From Trichosphaerium sp. ATCC 40318 (lineage: Eukaryota; Protista; Tubulinea): DNA of 64,000 nt. The notes below the pieces were generated by a model. The model searched no databases, had not been told where the DNA came from, and saw only the letters and a list, made by a program, of their open reading frames with translations. The stretch spans positions 310,001-374,000 of the forward strand of contig JALMLS010000353.1 in assembly GCA_038496445.1 (NCBI GenBank). Reading direction: 5' to 3'. This document shows positions 24,388 to 38,098 of this stretch, piece after piece. Made by a program: the position numbers and the translations under genes. Positions within the stretch are counted from its first letter, which is position 1. Every line of letters begins with the position of its first letter.

Positions 24388-27300
24388 GAATAAACTTTTC
24401 GAACAAAGCTTGTGGCATTTCCTCAAAATAGATTCAGTAAAAAACTATTAGACTGGCTAAGTAGTTTAACGAGATATTATAGAGGGTATTTATTAATTAA
24501 TTTTCGTTTATCTACACCAACCCAATTTAGGCGGTAACAAAACTACTTTTTTTTTTTTTCAGTTGATTTTGTTTCAAAACACATCGGAGTTTTATCACAG
24601 TTTTCGACCTGAAACGACACCTAGTCCTTCGTTTAGGAAAAGAAAATTGTTTTTGTATTTGAAATATTCTTCACGTGTGATTCAGTACGACTTGGGACAC
24701 GTACTACAAACAAAGCGTAAAGGTTTTATTCTGTATTATTTGGTCGAAAAACGTTCTTTGTCTAAATCTTCTAGCGTAGCACTTTTTTTTTTTTGGGAGC
24801 CTGGCGAACAATACCCCTAAATCGTACAATATCTATTGCACGGTTCAAAAATGATGACTTGATAATTTTTGATAAATCGGAATTGAAAATTGTATGAATC
24901 TTTTGTAGACAGTTTTTTTTTTTGGTTAAGTTTAGGTTTATCTGTACCACATGACCCACTAACCACACCGTATTGTTAACGATCTCTAGTTAATGTTACC
25001 TAGCTATGCTTAATTCTCTAGCGTAATACTTGTGCAGAGTGTAGAAATCACGAAGCAACTTTTGTTTTGATTAAAAATAACTTTTGTAAACAATACGTAC
25101 ATTAATTTTTTAATAGTTTCGTGTCTGTACGTCTCTTACACTGTTCAACACTATTTCATAGGATATTAGGTGTTTAAAAACTAGCACTTCTGATAGAGCC
25201 ACGTAAGACTGTAGAGCACGATGAAGCACAATTACAGGCTAGTATTTAATCCTTTTTATTTCATTCCATTTTTTATCTTCGTAGATGCTGCCTTGATGCC
25301 TGTGCTGAGAGTCGCGGTGATATACATAAATCGTACTATGGTTTTTACTTTCTTTGTTACACCTATTTTTTGTAGGGTATGGCCACCGCAACTTGTCAGC
25401 AGAACAAATTATAAAATATTCGTAACAGTGTTTTGCACTTACGAATTGATTTGAAATGAAACGACGGAAAAAGCCCCACCCCTTATGATTTTATCCCTAG
25501 AAGATAGTCCGCATAATGGATTAATTCGTACGAACTACTATTTAATTTAAAACTTTCACAAGGAAAAACAAAATAGCTAGGTAAGCTGTTGCAAAACTTA
25601 CAAATTTGCTTTTGTTGTCGCCAGTCGACAGCAGACGGTGCGGAGTAACATTAATACCTTTTAACGAGTCCATTGTCTCATGGTTGCCAAATACCTTTGC
25701 CAAGTACGTATTCTTACAACTATTGTCTTAAACACATTTCTATAATCGATTTCTTGCAGTCCATGACTCTTCGCCAAATCGAGAAGCCTAGGATTTTACG
25801 TTACTTAAGTAAAGTTCTAAAGCGTCAAAACAAAGCGAAAAGCATCACTTTATGTACATAATGTACTTTAATACGTATACAAGGTAAAAGAGCCTTGTGG
25901 TTACGAAAACGATTATACAGCCGTTGGTGCTAGAAAACCACTCGCAAACTACTTTACCCCTACGGGGAAACAGTTTACATGTATTTCCGGCCTCTTTTAG
26001 CGGTTTCGAACTACCAAAGCTCTATACCGACCTAAACAATATCATAAACTACTACTAGGCGCCGTCATAGTCGTAATTAAAAAAAATATCGCAGCTTACG
26101 GCGGCCGTCCGGAAAAGGCCGCAGCAAGTTAGTTTCTACGCAACAAAACGAATGGTGATACTTTTGGTACGTTTTACGAAATTTGCTTTATTTTTTGATT
26201 TCGTAAAAAACTTGTTCCATCACGTGCTTCTTATCGACATTTTACACCTTTTCGCAACACTGTTGACACTAACGAACTAACTACAAGCTTTAGATAGGAA
26301 GAATACCTTTTTTTTTATGGCGCACGTGATACATCACGTGCGAAAATGAAAAAGTTGTTTCGCTTCGTAGATCGTTAGGACCGTTCGTATGGTAATGTAA
26401 AAGCTATTGGTAGAAGCTTAAGGACGATAGATACGATGTAAGTGTGTTATTCCTAAAACTTTGTTAAACAAAAAAACATACCAAAAGTAGGCTTTCCTAG
26501 TGTTCGCACTTTGGAGCAAAGGTTTAAAATGGCTCTACTTTAGCTACATATAACGCTGGGTGTATTCAAACGCCCAACAAAAATTCATCAGATTACTGCG
26601 TTGTAAAACTGCGACACGGATTTTTTTCGAAAAAATAAAACGAGGTACGATGGTTTTTAAGGTATTGATCATTTTTCATTTTTTTTCAGTTTATTTTTTG
26701 GTGCGTACTTCTTTTTTTGCGATATCTCAAGCCACACGCTGTATCTATTCAATCTAAATATAACGCGTTATATAGAAGCGGAGTATGCCTAACATCACAA
26801 TGCCATACACAATCTGTTTCAAGGAGAAAAATAGTCATCACGTATTTGTTCATAAGGCTACAGAAAGAGAAATCTAAAGTACGTGCTATACCACAAAAAC
26901 AAAAAAGTTGAAAAAAATGAAAAAATACTATTCTCCGCGTCCACGAGCTCACAAACCTCTCAAGGACACACAATAGTTTTGAGAGGGCTAAGAATCGGTT
27001 ATAATAACAGCACAAACACAAACTGTACTAAAAGACGCGTTCTCAGGTTAATTATGGGTTTTGTAAGCTACTACAAGCGGACTTTTTTTTTATCCTGAAC
27101 TAAGCGAGAAAAACCGAGAAAACAAGACGCTACACATCAGGAATGTCAAAAGATTTAGGGTTTCGAATAAGTTTGGAAACTATGCAAATATTTTTGCGTA
27201 GTACTGCATGTATAATATGCAGTAGTCCTCTGGAATATATAGAGCGATCAATACATTACGAATACTTCTTTAGAAAGGTATTTCTAGAGATAAAAAGTTT

Positions 27301-28054
27301 TGCCATAAACGCAATTGTATGTCGTTAGATAAAAACGAAACAAACTAAGAACTGCGATGATAATAATCGCGCCAGGAATCGTAAAAAGAAACTACGTAAC
27401 ACGTAATGTGAACTGTAAGCAAGTTCGCTTGATGTTATTTCGGCAACGTGATGTTTTGTACGTTGCAGATGTAATGTCAAATAAAAAACGGAGTTAAACC
27501 TGTAAATAATTTGATGTACATAAGCTAACAATGCAACCAACGCGCATTATGATCAATACAATCAAATGGCATACTTTTTGTGGTTGGAATGGTCTTGGCT
27601 TTATAACATGGAGATATTTCGAAAAAACTGTAATGTGCAACCAAAAAAATGTCAGATAAAAAAAAACCCCAAACGTCAAGTATCCTAAAAAAACGTAATG
27701 CTTTTTTTTTTAATATCACAAATACTGCGCTTGCAAACGTGAAAGTAAACCATTTGTGAAAAGGCGATCTTTTTTTGTGTGCGTTTTTTCGCACCTCAAA
27801 AACAAGCCCTACAAATTGCATAAAAAACCATTCTATTACGGCTCGTTTTTTTTTGTTCAGTGTTTGGACTCTATGCTATTTTAATTTTAACCCAAAAAGA
27901 ATTATTATTACGAACCCCTATGCATCTATTTCAATCACAGCAGTTGAGAACAACAGTCCGTTGTTTCTTTGTGTTACAAACGTACTACTTGCCACAACCT
28001 TTTAAATGCCACCAAAATGTGAAAACTTTCAACAAACAGAAATTTCAAAGCATC

Positions 28055-29015
28055 ATGATCACTACAACAGCTCCTAACACTTTCATCGGCACTAAATATA
28101 TAAACGTTATACCGACAAGTAATAGTGCATGGCTTTTTTGTGGAAGTAATGGAGAACAAATTAACCAACAGTCAAGAAATGATAGCAAAAAAGCTGCTGC
28201 TTCTTTGATTTTGTTACAAAAAGGACGACCTAATTTTAACAAAGTCTCAGGCACACCAGATAAAGCATCTACGTACGTTTATTTTTCAACCTTAAAACGA
28301 AACAAACAAAGCGCCAAAACAGATTTAAAGATCAAACGTTTGGTGGTTTTTTTTTTTCCCACAACAAAGCATACTTCGTAGTTTTTTTGTTTCGACCACC
28401 AGCAAAAAAGTAATCATGTCGGAGATTACCCAAAAAAAGTAATGCACCCGTGATTTGTAAAAGCTTTTACGAACATAGTGTTGCGCTATTGTGCACTCAT
28501 CACCAAATCTTTTCTCATTGCGCAAACAAACAAAAGACGTTTCACATAGCTTACGTACCATTAGTTCACTCTCCCCGAAAATACGGGTAAACCCCTCTTG
28601 GATTCCACGGACTCTGAAAGTACCTCATACAGGCGTTAACGCTCGATGTAATCAATATCCAGTATATCAGGATGGCAAGATATACACTTCACCATTACCA
28701 CAGCAATTAAAAACAGACAACTCAACGCCGTTACCATCACGTGGTATAAATAAACGCCGGCGACGCAAGCGAAGATGGTTTTCTCCTGCAGCACAAATTA
28801 AAGCACAACAAAAAGCATCTAAATTACAGACAAAGGTAAACAAAACCAAAACATACAACAAAATTTCTCCTTGGAAGACACTTCACAATGTAAAACGGTT
28901 TTGGCGCCCAGCATCATTACATCAACCACAAACACGTAATTATCATTGTACATACCCTACAAACACGCGTATATTACCTAGGATACCTCTTCTGGATGCA
29001 TATCCACAATTTTAA
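28055..29015 (+). CDS. Orphan family paralog B (2 exons, diverged)
   Basis: AAASLILLQK in exon 1; intron from gtacgt at about 28273 to ttag at 28564; exon 2 has RVNPSWIPRTLKVP, QYPVYQDGKI, SPWKTLHNVKRFWRP. Confidence 0.72.
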
Positions 29016-29420
29016 AGAAAACTAAATAAAACAGTGCTTCGAGGCACGCTTGTACATACGTACTGTCTGAGTTTAGTGGTGTATCTTTTCCTCTTGATAT
29101 TTATTTGTAATTTTGAAGGTCCTGCCGGTGTACCTAACTGCCTAATCGGTCATTTTTCTATTTTACGAGACTGTATAAATATTGGAGGACGTGTGATGAT
29201 TTTTTTTTGTGTGAAAAAAAAAGAAGTTGTAGGCGTGGTTTATGTCATTGACGCCACCAAGCGCAAATCTAAACTGAGTGAATGCAAAAAAACGGTGAAG
29301 AGCTAGCAAAAAAATATGATTATAACAATTACAATAATTATGAATAGCACTAAAGGAGCATCTTGATAGAAGTACATGTAGTTTATTTTAATCTTGTTTT
29401 TTTTTTTTTCCTTTTGGGCT

Positions 29421-32383
29421 TCATTTCCTCGAGCGACTTAAACTCATCCCTCTAGTTCTAGAACGGTGTGTTTTGCGGTGGTCAAGCAAGTCCTTGAATG
29501 TAATAAAGTCCGCTCTAGATGTTTATAATTAGGAACTTCAAAGCGATCTTTTTTTTTTCTTTTCGGGTTTTCTTTAAAGTTGGTTACCTCCCGCATTTAT
29601 AGCAAGTATACGTCTTCAATACAATAGGTTTATGAGTTTCAACTGGTGTTTCTTCTGGATTAGTGCTTATAGCACGCTCTCTTGTAGTCGACGCATCACT
29701 GTATGACATTGACATACTGTCGGAGTACTCTGAAGAAAGCGAATCAACAGCCTCAGGATCAATAACACCAGTTCTGCAATTGAGACATATCCTAACCTTC
29801 TTATCTGAAACATTTGTTACATATCCCTTATATTTAGAGCAGTTTTCGCAAACGACCTAAATATCACGTGATTAATGACAAATTCTATTTTTTTTTCGTT
29901 TTTTTTTTTTTTCCAATAAGTTTTCCTTCAGAAAAACTCGAGTCTCGGCGAAAACTCAGTACCGTGAGAGCACGAACGTTATGTAAGAATAAATGTAATT
30001 GACTATCAATAATTATGTTCAACATACCTTGCCACATGAACGACAATGATGTCTTCGTTTGAGTGTTGTAAATTTTAAGCTACATATCATACAAACTTTA
30101 GCGTCTTTGTCTCTAATCCAAACAGATGCTGTCATATGCGTTAGAGTAGATGCTCTACTTCTTCTTGTACTATTTTTTGTAACAGGCTTTGGATCTATAT
30201 CTTGTTGCCTTGATGGCATTTTCTTCTTTGGTCTTTGACTATCAGCAAGAAGCCATTGTTGTTTTTCTTTTTGTGAAGTTGCATAAACAACAAAAGATTT
30301 TTTACTTGTTTTTATCGTAAATCTGTTTCTTATTTCTAACGTATCCACCATATCCTCAAATGTAGCACCAGTTAAATCAAGGCTCCCATGGAAATGACTG
30401 AAAAAAAAAACACGTGAGCAAGATGAAGAGTAACCAAAAAAAAAAAAAAACGTTCTTCTTTCAAAACGACGCAAAACGACGCAAAACAACGCTTCATAAC
30501 ACGTGCAAAAATTTTTCGAGTAGAGGAATAAATTCGTAAATTGATGAAATGTAGTTTGTGGTTTTATCTCTTATTCATTAAAAAGTAGTCTATGGTCTCG
30601 CCTAGCGTACCCTCCCTTTGAAGTATAAAGTAACATGTCACTGAATAAATAAAAATATCGCGGTTTTACACTCTTCCTGCATATCTTAAATAAATTTCCT
30701 TCATGAAGGAATAATCGTCCTGAAGTTAACAATTCACAATCCTAAAAAGGCGAATATGAGTCTAAACAATTAAGAAGAGCAAGAACGCACATTGGGTAAA
30801 TCCTTAATGTTTTTTTCTATTTCAAAAATCTTTGCCCAACTATTTGTGAGGTGCATGTGGCTCTCTACTTTAGAGTTTACTTCTTTTATACGTTGTAAAG
30901 CTGAAGCTAATGCTTCGTAATCAGAATGTTCTATATTGGTATTTTTCACGAGTTCCTTGATGAGAAGCTTTCGGAAGAAAGTTAATACAACCCAAGAAAA
31001 AAAAGTACTCCAATGTTTTCTACCTCGTATCTCATTATTCTTTGTACAGGCTATGACAATGTCAAAAAAAATTATAATAAAGCGCTTTATAGATTACCAT
31101 AATTAATAGAGACTCTAAACTCTGTTTATCATACCCCTCTGGCATTGTATTTGCGAGATTCTGTTTAAACACAAATTAATTAAAAATTATTAAATCAATA
31201 TAAAATAAAAATCTCGATCTCTTGAGCTGTTTTGGTACCTCCAATAATTTTCTTACTGACTTTGATCTCTCCTTCTTTGTCATTAACATCTTTATAGCAT
31301 TATGGTAATTTGTACAATACGTAGAGTAACTGGGGTTTTTTGTAAGCGATAAAGCACGTGAACTAAAAAAATCGCTAAAAAGTACTAGCTTACACTTGTA
31401 AGAAAGGTCCCTACGCACGATATCAGTATCCTTATTAGTGCGAACAATAGGTGAATTGATTTAAAAATACTGTCAAAAAATTAAACTAAACGCTAGTATA
31501 TCCAACGCTATACGCTACAAGAACGTATAATGCGCAACCGTGTAAAAAAAAAAAAAAAGGAAAGTGGTACTCACCAAATCTGAAAATATGTCGCCTAGTC
31601 GTTGATCCTTTGGATCGAGACCATTCCATGATGTCAAACGATCTTCGAGCTCCTTTAGAAGTATAGTACTGAAAAAATAAATCTCCTACAAATCGAACAA
31701 TCAGTTCGACCTAAACTCGTTGGATAAAATTTAAAAAAATAACAAAATCAACTGTGGTACTGCGTTCAGTGCGTTTTTAATAAAATATGACTATCTAAAA
31801 GTTTTACCTCTATACCACTGAACACGTTTCTCGTTTCTTGTTGCGTAAAGTAATCGCTATAACCAATAGGCTTCTTGAAGAACTAATTAAATAGTTATTA
31901 CAAGTGAAAATCACGTGATTAAATACATCGTGTATTCGGCGACCACTACGTTATTATTACTCTAAATAATCATTCGTACCTCTATTGCTTGGTTCATATA
32001 TTTAACATACGTTTTTTCGGAAACTAACATTTCTTTGGCTAACCCTAGACGCGTCTCTGCCATATCTAAAATATGAGTTATTTTAGTTCCAAGTCTCACC
32101 ATAAAAAAAACGTGATCGGGAACGTTTATCACGTGCGTGAGAGTTTTGAGAGGTCCTTCCATGCGTTATGACGCCTAAATAATGCTTGTATGAACCTAAC
32201 GCCTCTTCTATTGCGCATCATTTTGTTATTTCCTGCCCTGCTTGATTTACTTGGTCTTCTATACCGAGCCGAGTGATGTGAACCCGTGGAGCTTCGTATA
32301 GTACTACTGGAAGAACTGCGTGGCGCATGAAGTGATTTACTAGTGCTACGAGTTCCATGAAGCGATTTACTTGTTTGTCGCAT
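29421..32383 (-). CDS. FGD-like RhoGEF: IQ-like + DH + PH + FYVE + C-terminal C2H2-like finger, multi-exon
   Basis: FIQALFRRH (IQ-like); [16 protein letters not shown] (DH start); [11 protein letters not shown] and [15 protein letters not shown] (PH); [13 protein letters not shown]...[16 protein letters not shown]...RMCLNC (FYVE); [23 protein letters not shown]. Confidence 0.92.
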
Positions 32384-32566
32384 GGTAGTAGATGATGTTA
32401 TTTAGAGCATAAAACGAGGGACGCATGAAATATTTTCACAAAAATTCTTGCGCCTTAAAGTCCTTTCACTTCAACGTTTAATGACGTACTGGTAGTCAAA
32501 AAGAACACGTAATGGAAACCATGTACTACAGCGGTATACAAATTTACATAATATTTATTCGGAGTA

Positions 32567-33428
32567 TCACCCGAGATGTTCCATGGGAACAAATACAATT
32601 TTTTCAAAAATTGGTCCTCTTTGAACCTTTGGCGCCCGCCAATACTTATTTACATTTTGGATCCGTTCCCATGGGTTTAGTGGCTTGTTTTGGGTTGCTT
32701 GATTCGTTTTACAATGTTGCTGTGGCATGGAAGGACGCGCCGACCTGTAAAATTGATTGTATCGTTTAAAATCACGTGGCGGTAGCACTGTGCTATACGT
32801 AGTCAAGTGATGTCTGTGCAGTTGCTGTTTGCGCGTTCTTTGTCTCTTTATTACTCTACCATCTCTATACTGTGGATACTGTGCGTGACATGCGTCTAAC
32901 CCAATGTAAGGTAATTTGAGTGTTTGAGGAAGCCACAAAGGGTTTGCCTTAATCGAAGGTAATCTAAAAAAAGGGTAAGCCAAGATTTATCTTAAATTGA
33001 AAAAAGGTATTGGGTAACAGTTCAAAACTGGATGGTGTATTGAAAACCAAGTTTCTCCGCAAGCGTCGGAAATGCTTAATACGTATTCCATACGCAATGT
33101 AGATAGGTATGGACGCTGTTTTAAAGCTCTTGGGGTGACGGACAGAGCCCGAAGGAATTATTTAATTTTAAACGGATTGCGGATTTTTACCAGATCTCGC
33201 TTTCAAAGTAGTTGTAGCTTCGTACCTTTCAGTCATTACACAAGGTAATGTATATCTATCTTCTCGAGGATCTTTCCGTGCCATGCGTTGAAGTAGAATA
33301 AGAGAATCTGCAGCGACTGTTTGTCTTGTATCGGGCTTGGTGCAAGCGAACTTGGCCATTGTTCTGTCGCTTAAAATATCACGTGACAAACGCGGTAAAA
33401 TGCATACAGTATTTCCTGTGTTTATCAT
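32567..33428 (-). CDS. Orphan family paralog C (2 exons)
   Basis: MINTGNTVCILPRL...VAADSLILLQRMARKDP...; exon 2 LPSIKANPLWLPQTLKLP...NPWERIQNVNKYWRAP. Long nucleotide identities with 18461-19290. An upstream in-frame ATG exists at about 33503. Confidence 0.8.
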
Positions 33429-35499
33429 AATTCTAGTGTTGTTGTGATACAGGTATTGATATAATGTAACTGGAGATGTTCGAGAAATCTCCTGACTATT
33501 CATTTCTACTTTTAGAACACAAATCACGTCTGATATAATTTTTTACAATAATGTTCTGAACCAACTTTGAAGTAGTTTATGGGACTCTTAAACGCGTAAG
33601 GTATATGTATTTTATCTTCGGATAAACTAAAAAGAAAAAAATTATCATAGTGGTATTGGTAACATGCAAATAAAAAAAGGAGAAAAAAAAATGTGTTTGA
33701 CACTTCAATCTCGAACTTGCGCAACATGACGAAAGTAACATAGAATTGTATCTGTTTTGAGATTTAACCTTTTCGTGATTGTTCGTTCGAAGTATGAAAA
33801 CCATTGTTAAAGAAACAAAAACCTTTTTTTAGCCTGAACAAATATTCCGGGTCAAATTATTCAAGTGTCACGGAAACGGAGTTTTAATAGTTCTTACGAA
33901 CTGAAGTTTCTAAAGTGCGTTCCAACCCATAACCCAGCAAGCTACTATACATATCTACTATTTGAAAAAGAATTTAGAGCGGGCAATTGCGTTTAGACTG
34001 CAGTTTTTGCGAAGAGATTCAATTGTTTTTTTTATTTGTTTGAGACTGAATACTTGTGGACGTTTAGTTCTTCCGACGAATGTCTACAGTGCTCATCCAT
34101 TCAAGCGAAACTTTTATCTTAATAGAACGTCGGGTTGAAGTCTAATACTTCAAAACTACAATGTCTTTTTTTAAAAAAAAGTTATGGGTGTTAGGAGTTG
34201 TACTTTAGATCACAAATGATACCGCATATTTAGAATCACTGCAGTTGATTTTATAACTGTAAAATAAGCGATTTATAGCACTTCAGGTGGGCACTGTTTG
34301 GGTTACTTCATAGTACCAGTAGTGCACCCTTGAGACTAGCCATAAAAAAAATAAAGAAAAACAATCACAAACACAAGATCTTTTGACTTTTGGCAATAAT
34401 TTAGCCACAGGACGCCCGCAATTTTAGATCTTTCAACTAAAACCAATTATTTATTTTAGGTTGTAGATGCTCTACTTCAAGCAACAAAAAAAGAAGTGTG
34501 TAGATTGACCCAATAGAGCGTATCTGTGGAGCCTCCTTATTCTAAAGAGACTCATTTCGTAGGCTAAACCGTTTGAGATTAATCACATGATATTCTTCGT
34601 AATAACTATTTATTACGAAAGATACACCAATTTCTGTGTGGGCAAGATTCTAAACAGCTAGTTTCATTAAGTTTTATATTATTTGTTTGGATAGCGCTAC
34701 GGAACACGTGATAAGAAAAAAACCCCAACAAACCCAACAACTAGAAATAAGTGAAACGAAGATAAAGATTATTGTTTCTGAAGCAATATCAAATTGATTT
34801 GTCACTGACACAAACGGACAAAGACAAGATATATTACGCCATCCACTATAATACAGCTGGTATCGTTCTAGATACGTGTAATAACGTATATGTGTGAAAG
34901 TAAGTGATTGAGGAATCCATCACTTTTGTAAATGCTCTATCCAGATTTGACATTATCGATTGCAACAACAAACACTATCCTTTCACACCAACCAACCGAC
35001 CCTTGGATACAGCGTCTTTACTAACCTTTCTTTTGTTATTTTATAGAGCAATAATGGATTATTGTTGCTACTCACGGGTTAGTGTCTCAGGACAAAACAC
35101 AAAAAGTTCGCTAACCTTTTTTTTGTGGCCAACGTTTCTTCTGTGCCAAATACTCTTTACGTTTACTTTATTTCCTGAAGGAGACGGGTTTTTATCCAAA
35201 CAAAATTATATCTGTCAGAATGTACGCTGAGTGGTTTGATACATTACTCAGCTGAGCGAGTTATCAGTTCTATCTGTTGTTTCTTTTTTTAGGATGCCAC
35301 ATGCGATAATCTTCGTTTATAGCTAGATAGTAGGCCTACTAATAGTATCACAGATTAAAACAGTATCTACGCTAATATGCAGTATTAAAAGAGAGAAATA
35401 ACACCAAGACGCTAAGTAATATGGTATACTTGGTTTATTTAACAAATCAAAGTGATAGGTCTTGTGAAGGGACTTCACAACAGTTAGAGGCAAGGAAGA

Positions 35500-36500
35500 A
35501 CCCAGTTTCAGCAAGTTACGTTCTTTTCATGAAGCATTGATTGCTGCTTTTACAGCCACCAAATACAGTATGCAAGTATCATAGGCGGCTCACCTATGGC
35601 TTTTGAACCGAATACACTCTTTAAAAAAAACTCAATCACGTGACTTTCAAGTAGTACGGTATGTAAAAGCAAAAAGTACTCCTGGGTGTTTGTTTTCTGC
35701 ATCAGTAAATTCAATACGCCAGTATTGTGGAATATCATGAAGGTGGTTTGTATTCCCATGTAGAATCACTATTATTAGCTCCTTCAGGTGATATCAAAAC
35801 GTTCTCTTTTGGATGAGGTGTAAGCAAATACACTATTTGTAGTTGGAACTAAATTTTGTTTCATACCTTAAGAAGTATCCAATGGCATATACGAAAGCAC
35901 TTTCAGCCTTTCCAACATCAATCATTGAGTTCAAGGACTTTCCAGAGTCATAGACTAAGTCTGATCTAATTGACATGGTTAAAGACACCAATGTTTCTGA
36001 GGTTGATGTAGAATAACTTACCTGCGTGTAACAGTTTCACCAGTAAGACATCTACTTCTACTTTAGAGACAGCGGCTCCATTGCAAAAGTATTCGGTTTA
36101 GGATGTTCCGCAAACCCCTTTGCCTTCTCTTTGATCCCTAACGCGTACTGAGATGAAAGCAGGTTTATGGTACAAAGTTTCAGTAAGTTGTTCCTTGTAG
36201 AAACGAACACGTTTTTGCAATTTGACGCAAGCCAAACTATTGTTCAGTTAGTTTTGTGGCAATTACATATTTGACGAGTACCTAGCAGCAGCGACGTTTA
36301 TTTCCGAAGCAGATGAAGCTGTTGAACTGGGTGATACCCTTTCTTGCTACTACCAATACCTTCAACAGTAGTTATATTGGTACCCTATACTAGATTAAGT
36401 CTCCGAATGTGCATGTTAACATGTATTCAAAGGCGCATGCCAGCAGCTAGAATAGGCATCAAGCATTATCAGAGTGGTTCACAAAATCACCTAAAATGAA
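35500..36500 (-). pseudogene. Xanthine dehydrogenase/aldehyde oxidase C-terminal (molybdopterin-binding) fragment, decayed
   Basis: VSPSSTASSASEIN, NGAAVSKVEVDVL, SDLVYDSGKSLNSMIDVGKAESAFVYAIG, VFGSKAIGEPPMILA. Frameshifts and stops are present, and a GTAAG..TTAG intron is retained. Confidence 0.8.
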
Positions 36501-36794
36501 AGTCCGTTAGCCAGTTTTCTCAAGCCGTGTATGTATTTAAAATTGTAACATGTCAAAAACACGAGTTTTTTTTTGATTTCTAATGAACGATAAAACTAAT
36601 AGATACACAAAAAAAAAAGCTTATCGCTAACATAAAGCATCGTCATTTCATAGCAAAATACGATCTACACCGCTCCTCATGTATCGATTCTTCTTGGTGT
36701 CTTAACGCAGAAAATCTCTTTAATATGACAGTATTGAATGGGTACCAATGTAAAGTACAAAATGTCTGGGTGTTTTTTTATTTAATTGATTTTG

Positions 36795-37987
36795 TTATTG
36801 TTTGTCGAGTTTAAACCTTTTTGCTTTTCTCATCTCATCAACAACCTTAAAGTCTTGTGATTTTTTTCTTTTTAATTTTTGTGCATCTTCTAAACGTTTC
36901 ATCAATCCAAAAGACTTATAGAATCCATTCCTTGATACACTCTCTAGTTTATCATTATATTTCTTTTCACCCTCAAGTTTAGCCTTCTTTGTTCGTCCAC
37001 TTGGTCCACGCGTAACAAGTGTCCATCCATCATCTTGTGCGTCACGTGCACGCTTCTCTTTTTCTTCTTTTATCTGCCGACTATCATCAGTAACCAAAGC
37101 AATGACGTAGACAAAGAAAATTGGGAAAAAAAAAATTGAAAGAAAGCTGTTTTTTTTCTTAATGAGTTGAGTCGAACCTTTAGAGCTTTGACATCATATG
37201 CATGCATCTTCTTATCTACTGTTATCTTTAATTCGTTTAGATCTCTGTTTGCATTATCATTATAGTTCTCTAGCCAACCTACAAGACGTTAATTCATGAA
37301 ATGTTAAGAAACTCATTAAAAGCCAAAAAACTAATTTACTGACGAGGTGTATTTTAGAACAAAAATACGCTTCAAAACTAGACCTATTGGTGGACGACAT
37401 TTGCGCGCAGGCTCTCATAGAGGCAAAAAAATATATTTGAGGAAAAAAAATTCATTTGATCGCTTGGTGAGTTAAAAGTCGCGTTCTACGCGTTGTTACG
37501 CCATAGATTGCGTTAAAAGCGGTTTTAAACAAAAACGTACTTGACAGTCCAGTTACACCACCTGCTTTTGGTCCTGGTAGACTCTCGCATAAAAATCCAT
37601 CTTCAATGATGTCTTTCATTGCTTTCTTGTCAACTACCTCTACACGAGCCAAACCTTTTGTTAGAGGTCTTGCTCCTGTTACATTGTCGCGTAATAGGAA
37701 CTGTAGAACGCTTTCCATGTCAAACGGACCTATTATTGAGAATTTGTAAATAAACGGCGCTTTAATTAATCGAACCATCTCCAATGTCATTGACCATGAA
37801 CTGAGGTGGTATTTCAGTGTCATTCTAAAGGATTTAGCTACTTTTTACATAAAAAGTGTATAACCTCGAGTTGAGCGTTTTCTATACATTCTTTCATCCA
37901 TAGGTACTTTTGAAAAGGTGATTTGGACGAAAGTGCCACTGGTTGTATTACGAAACCCTTTGTTGGCGTTCCAGACTTTTCCGCCAT
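36795..37987 (-). CDS. RRP7: Ribosomal RNA-processing protein 7 (RRP7-like), multi-exon
   Basis: WLENYNDNANRDLNELKITVDKKMHAYD, DDGWTLVTRG, GFYK, MRKAKRFK follow the RRP7 C-terminal domain pattern. Confidence 0.8.
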
Positions 37988-38098
37988 CTGTAAAAGGACT
38001 TTGTATAGCCTGTACCGAATCTGAGCCCAAAATGACTTAATCCCGTTCGGCAAACGTACTTTAAGCGAATACAAGTTGACAGAGATTGTGGTGACCAA

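Noticed and set aside
24563-27821. Numerous 60-100 aa ORFs on both strands
   Set aside because: F/K-rich translations of A/T tracts with no homology signal.
33800-35500. Possible gene remnants or transposon between paralog C and the XDH relic
   Set aside because: No terminal repeats, transposase or RT motifs, or coherent frame could be identified.
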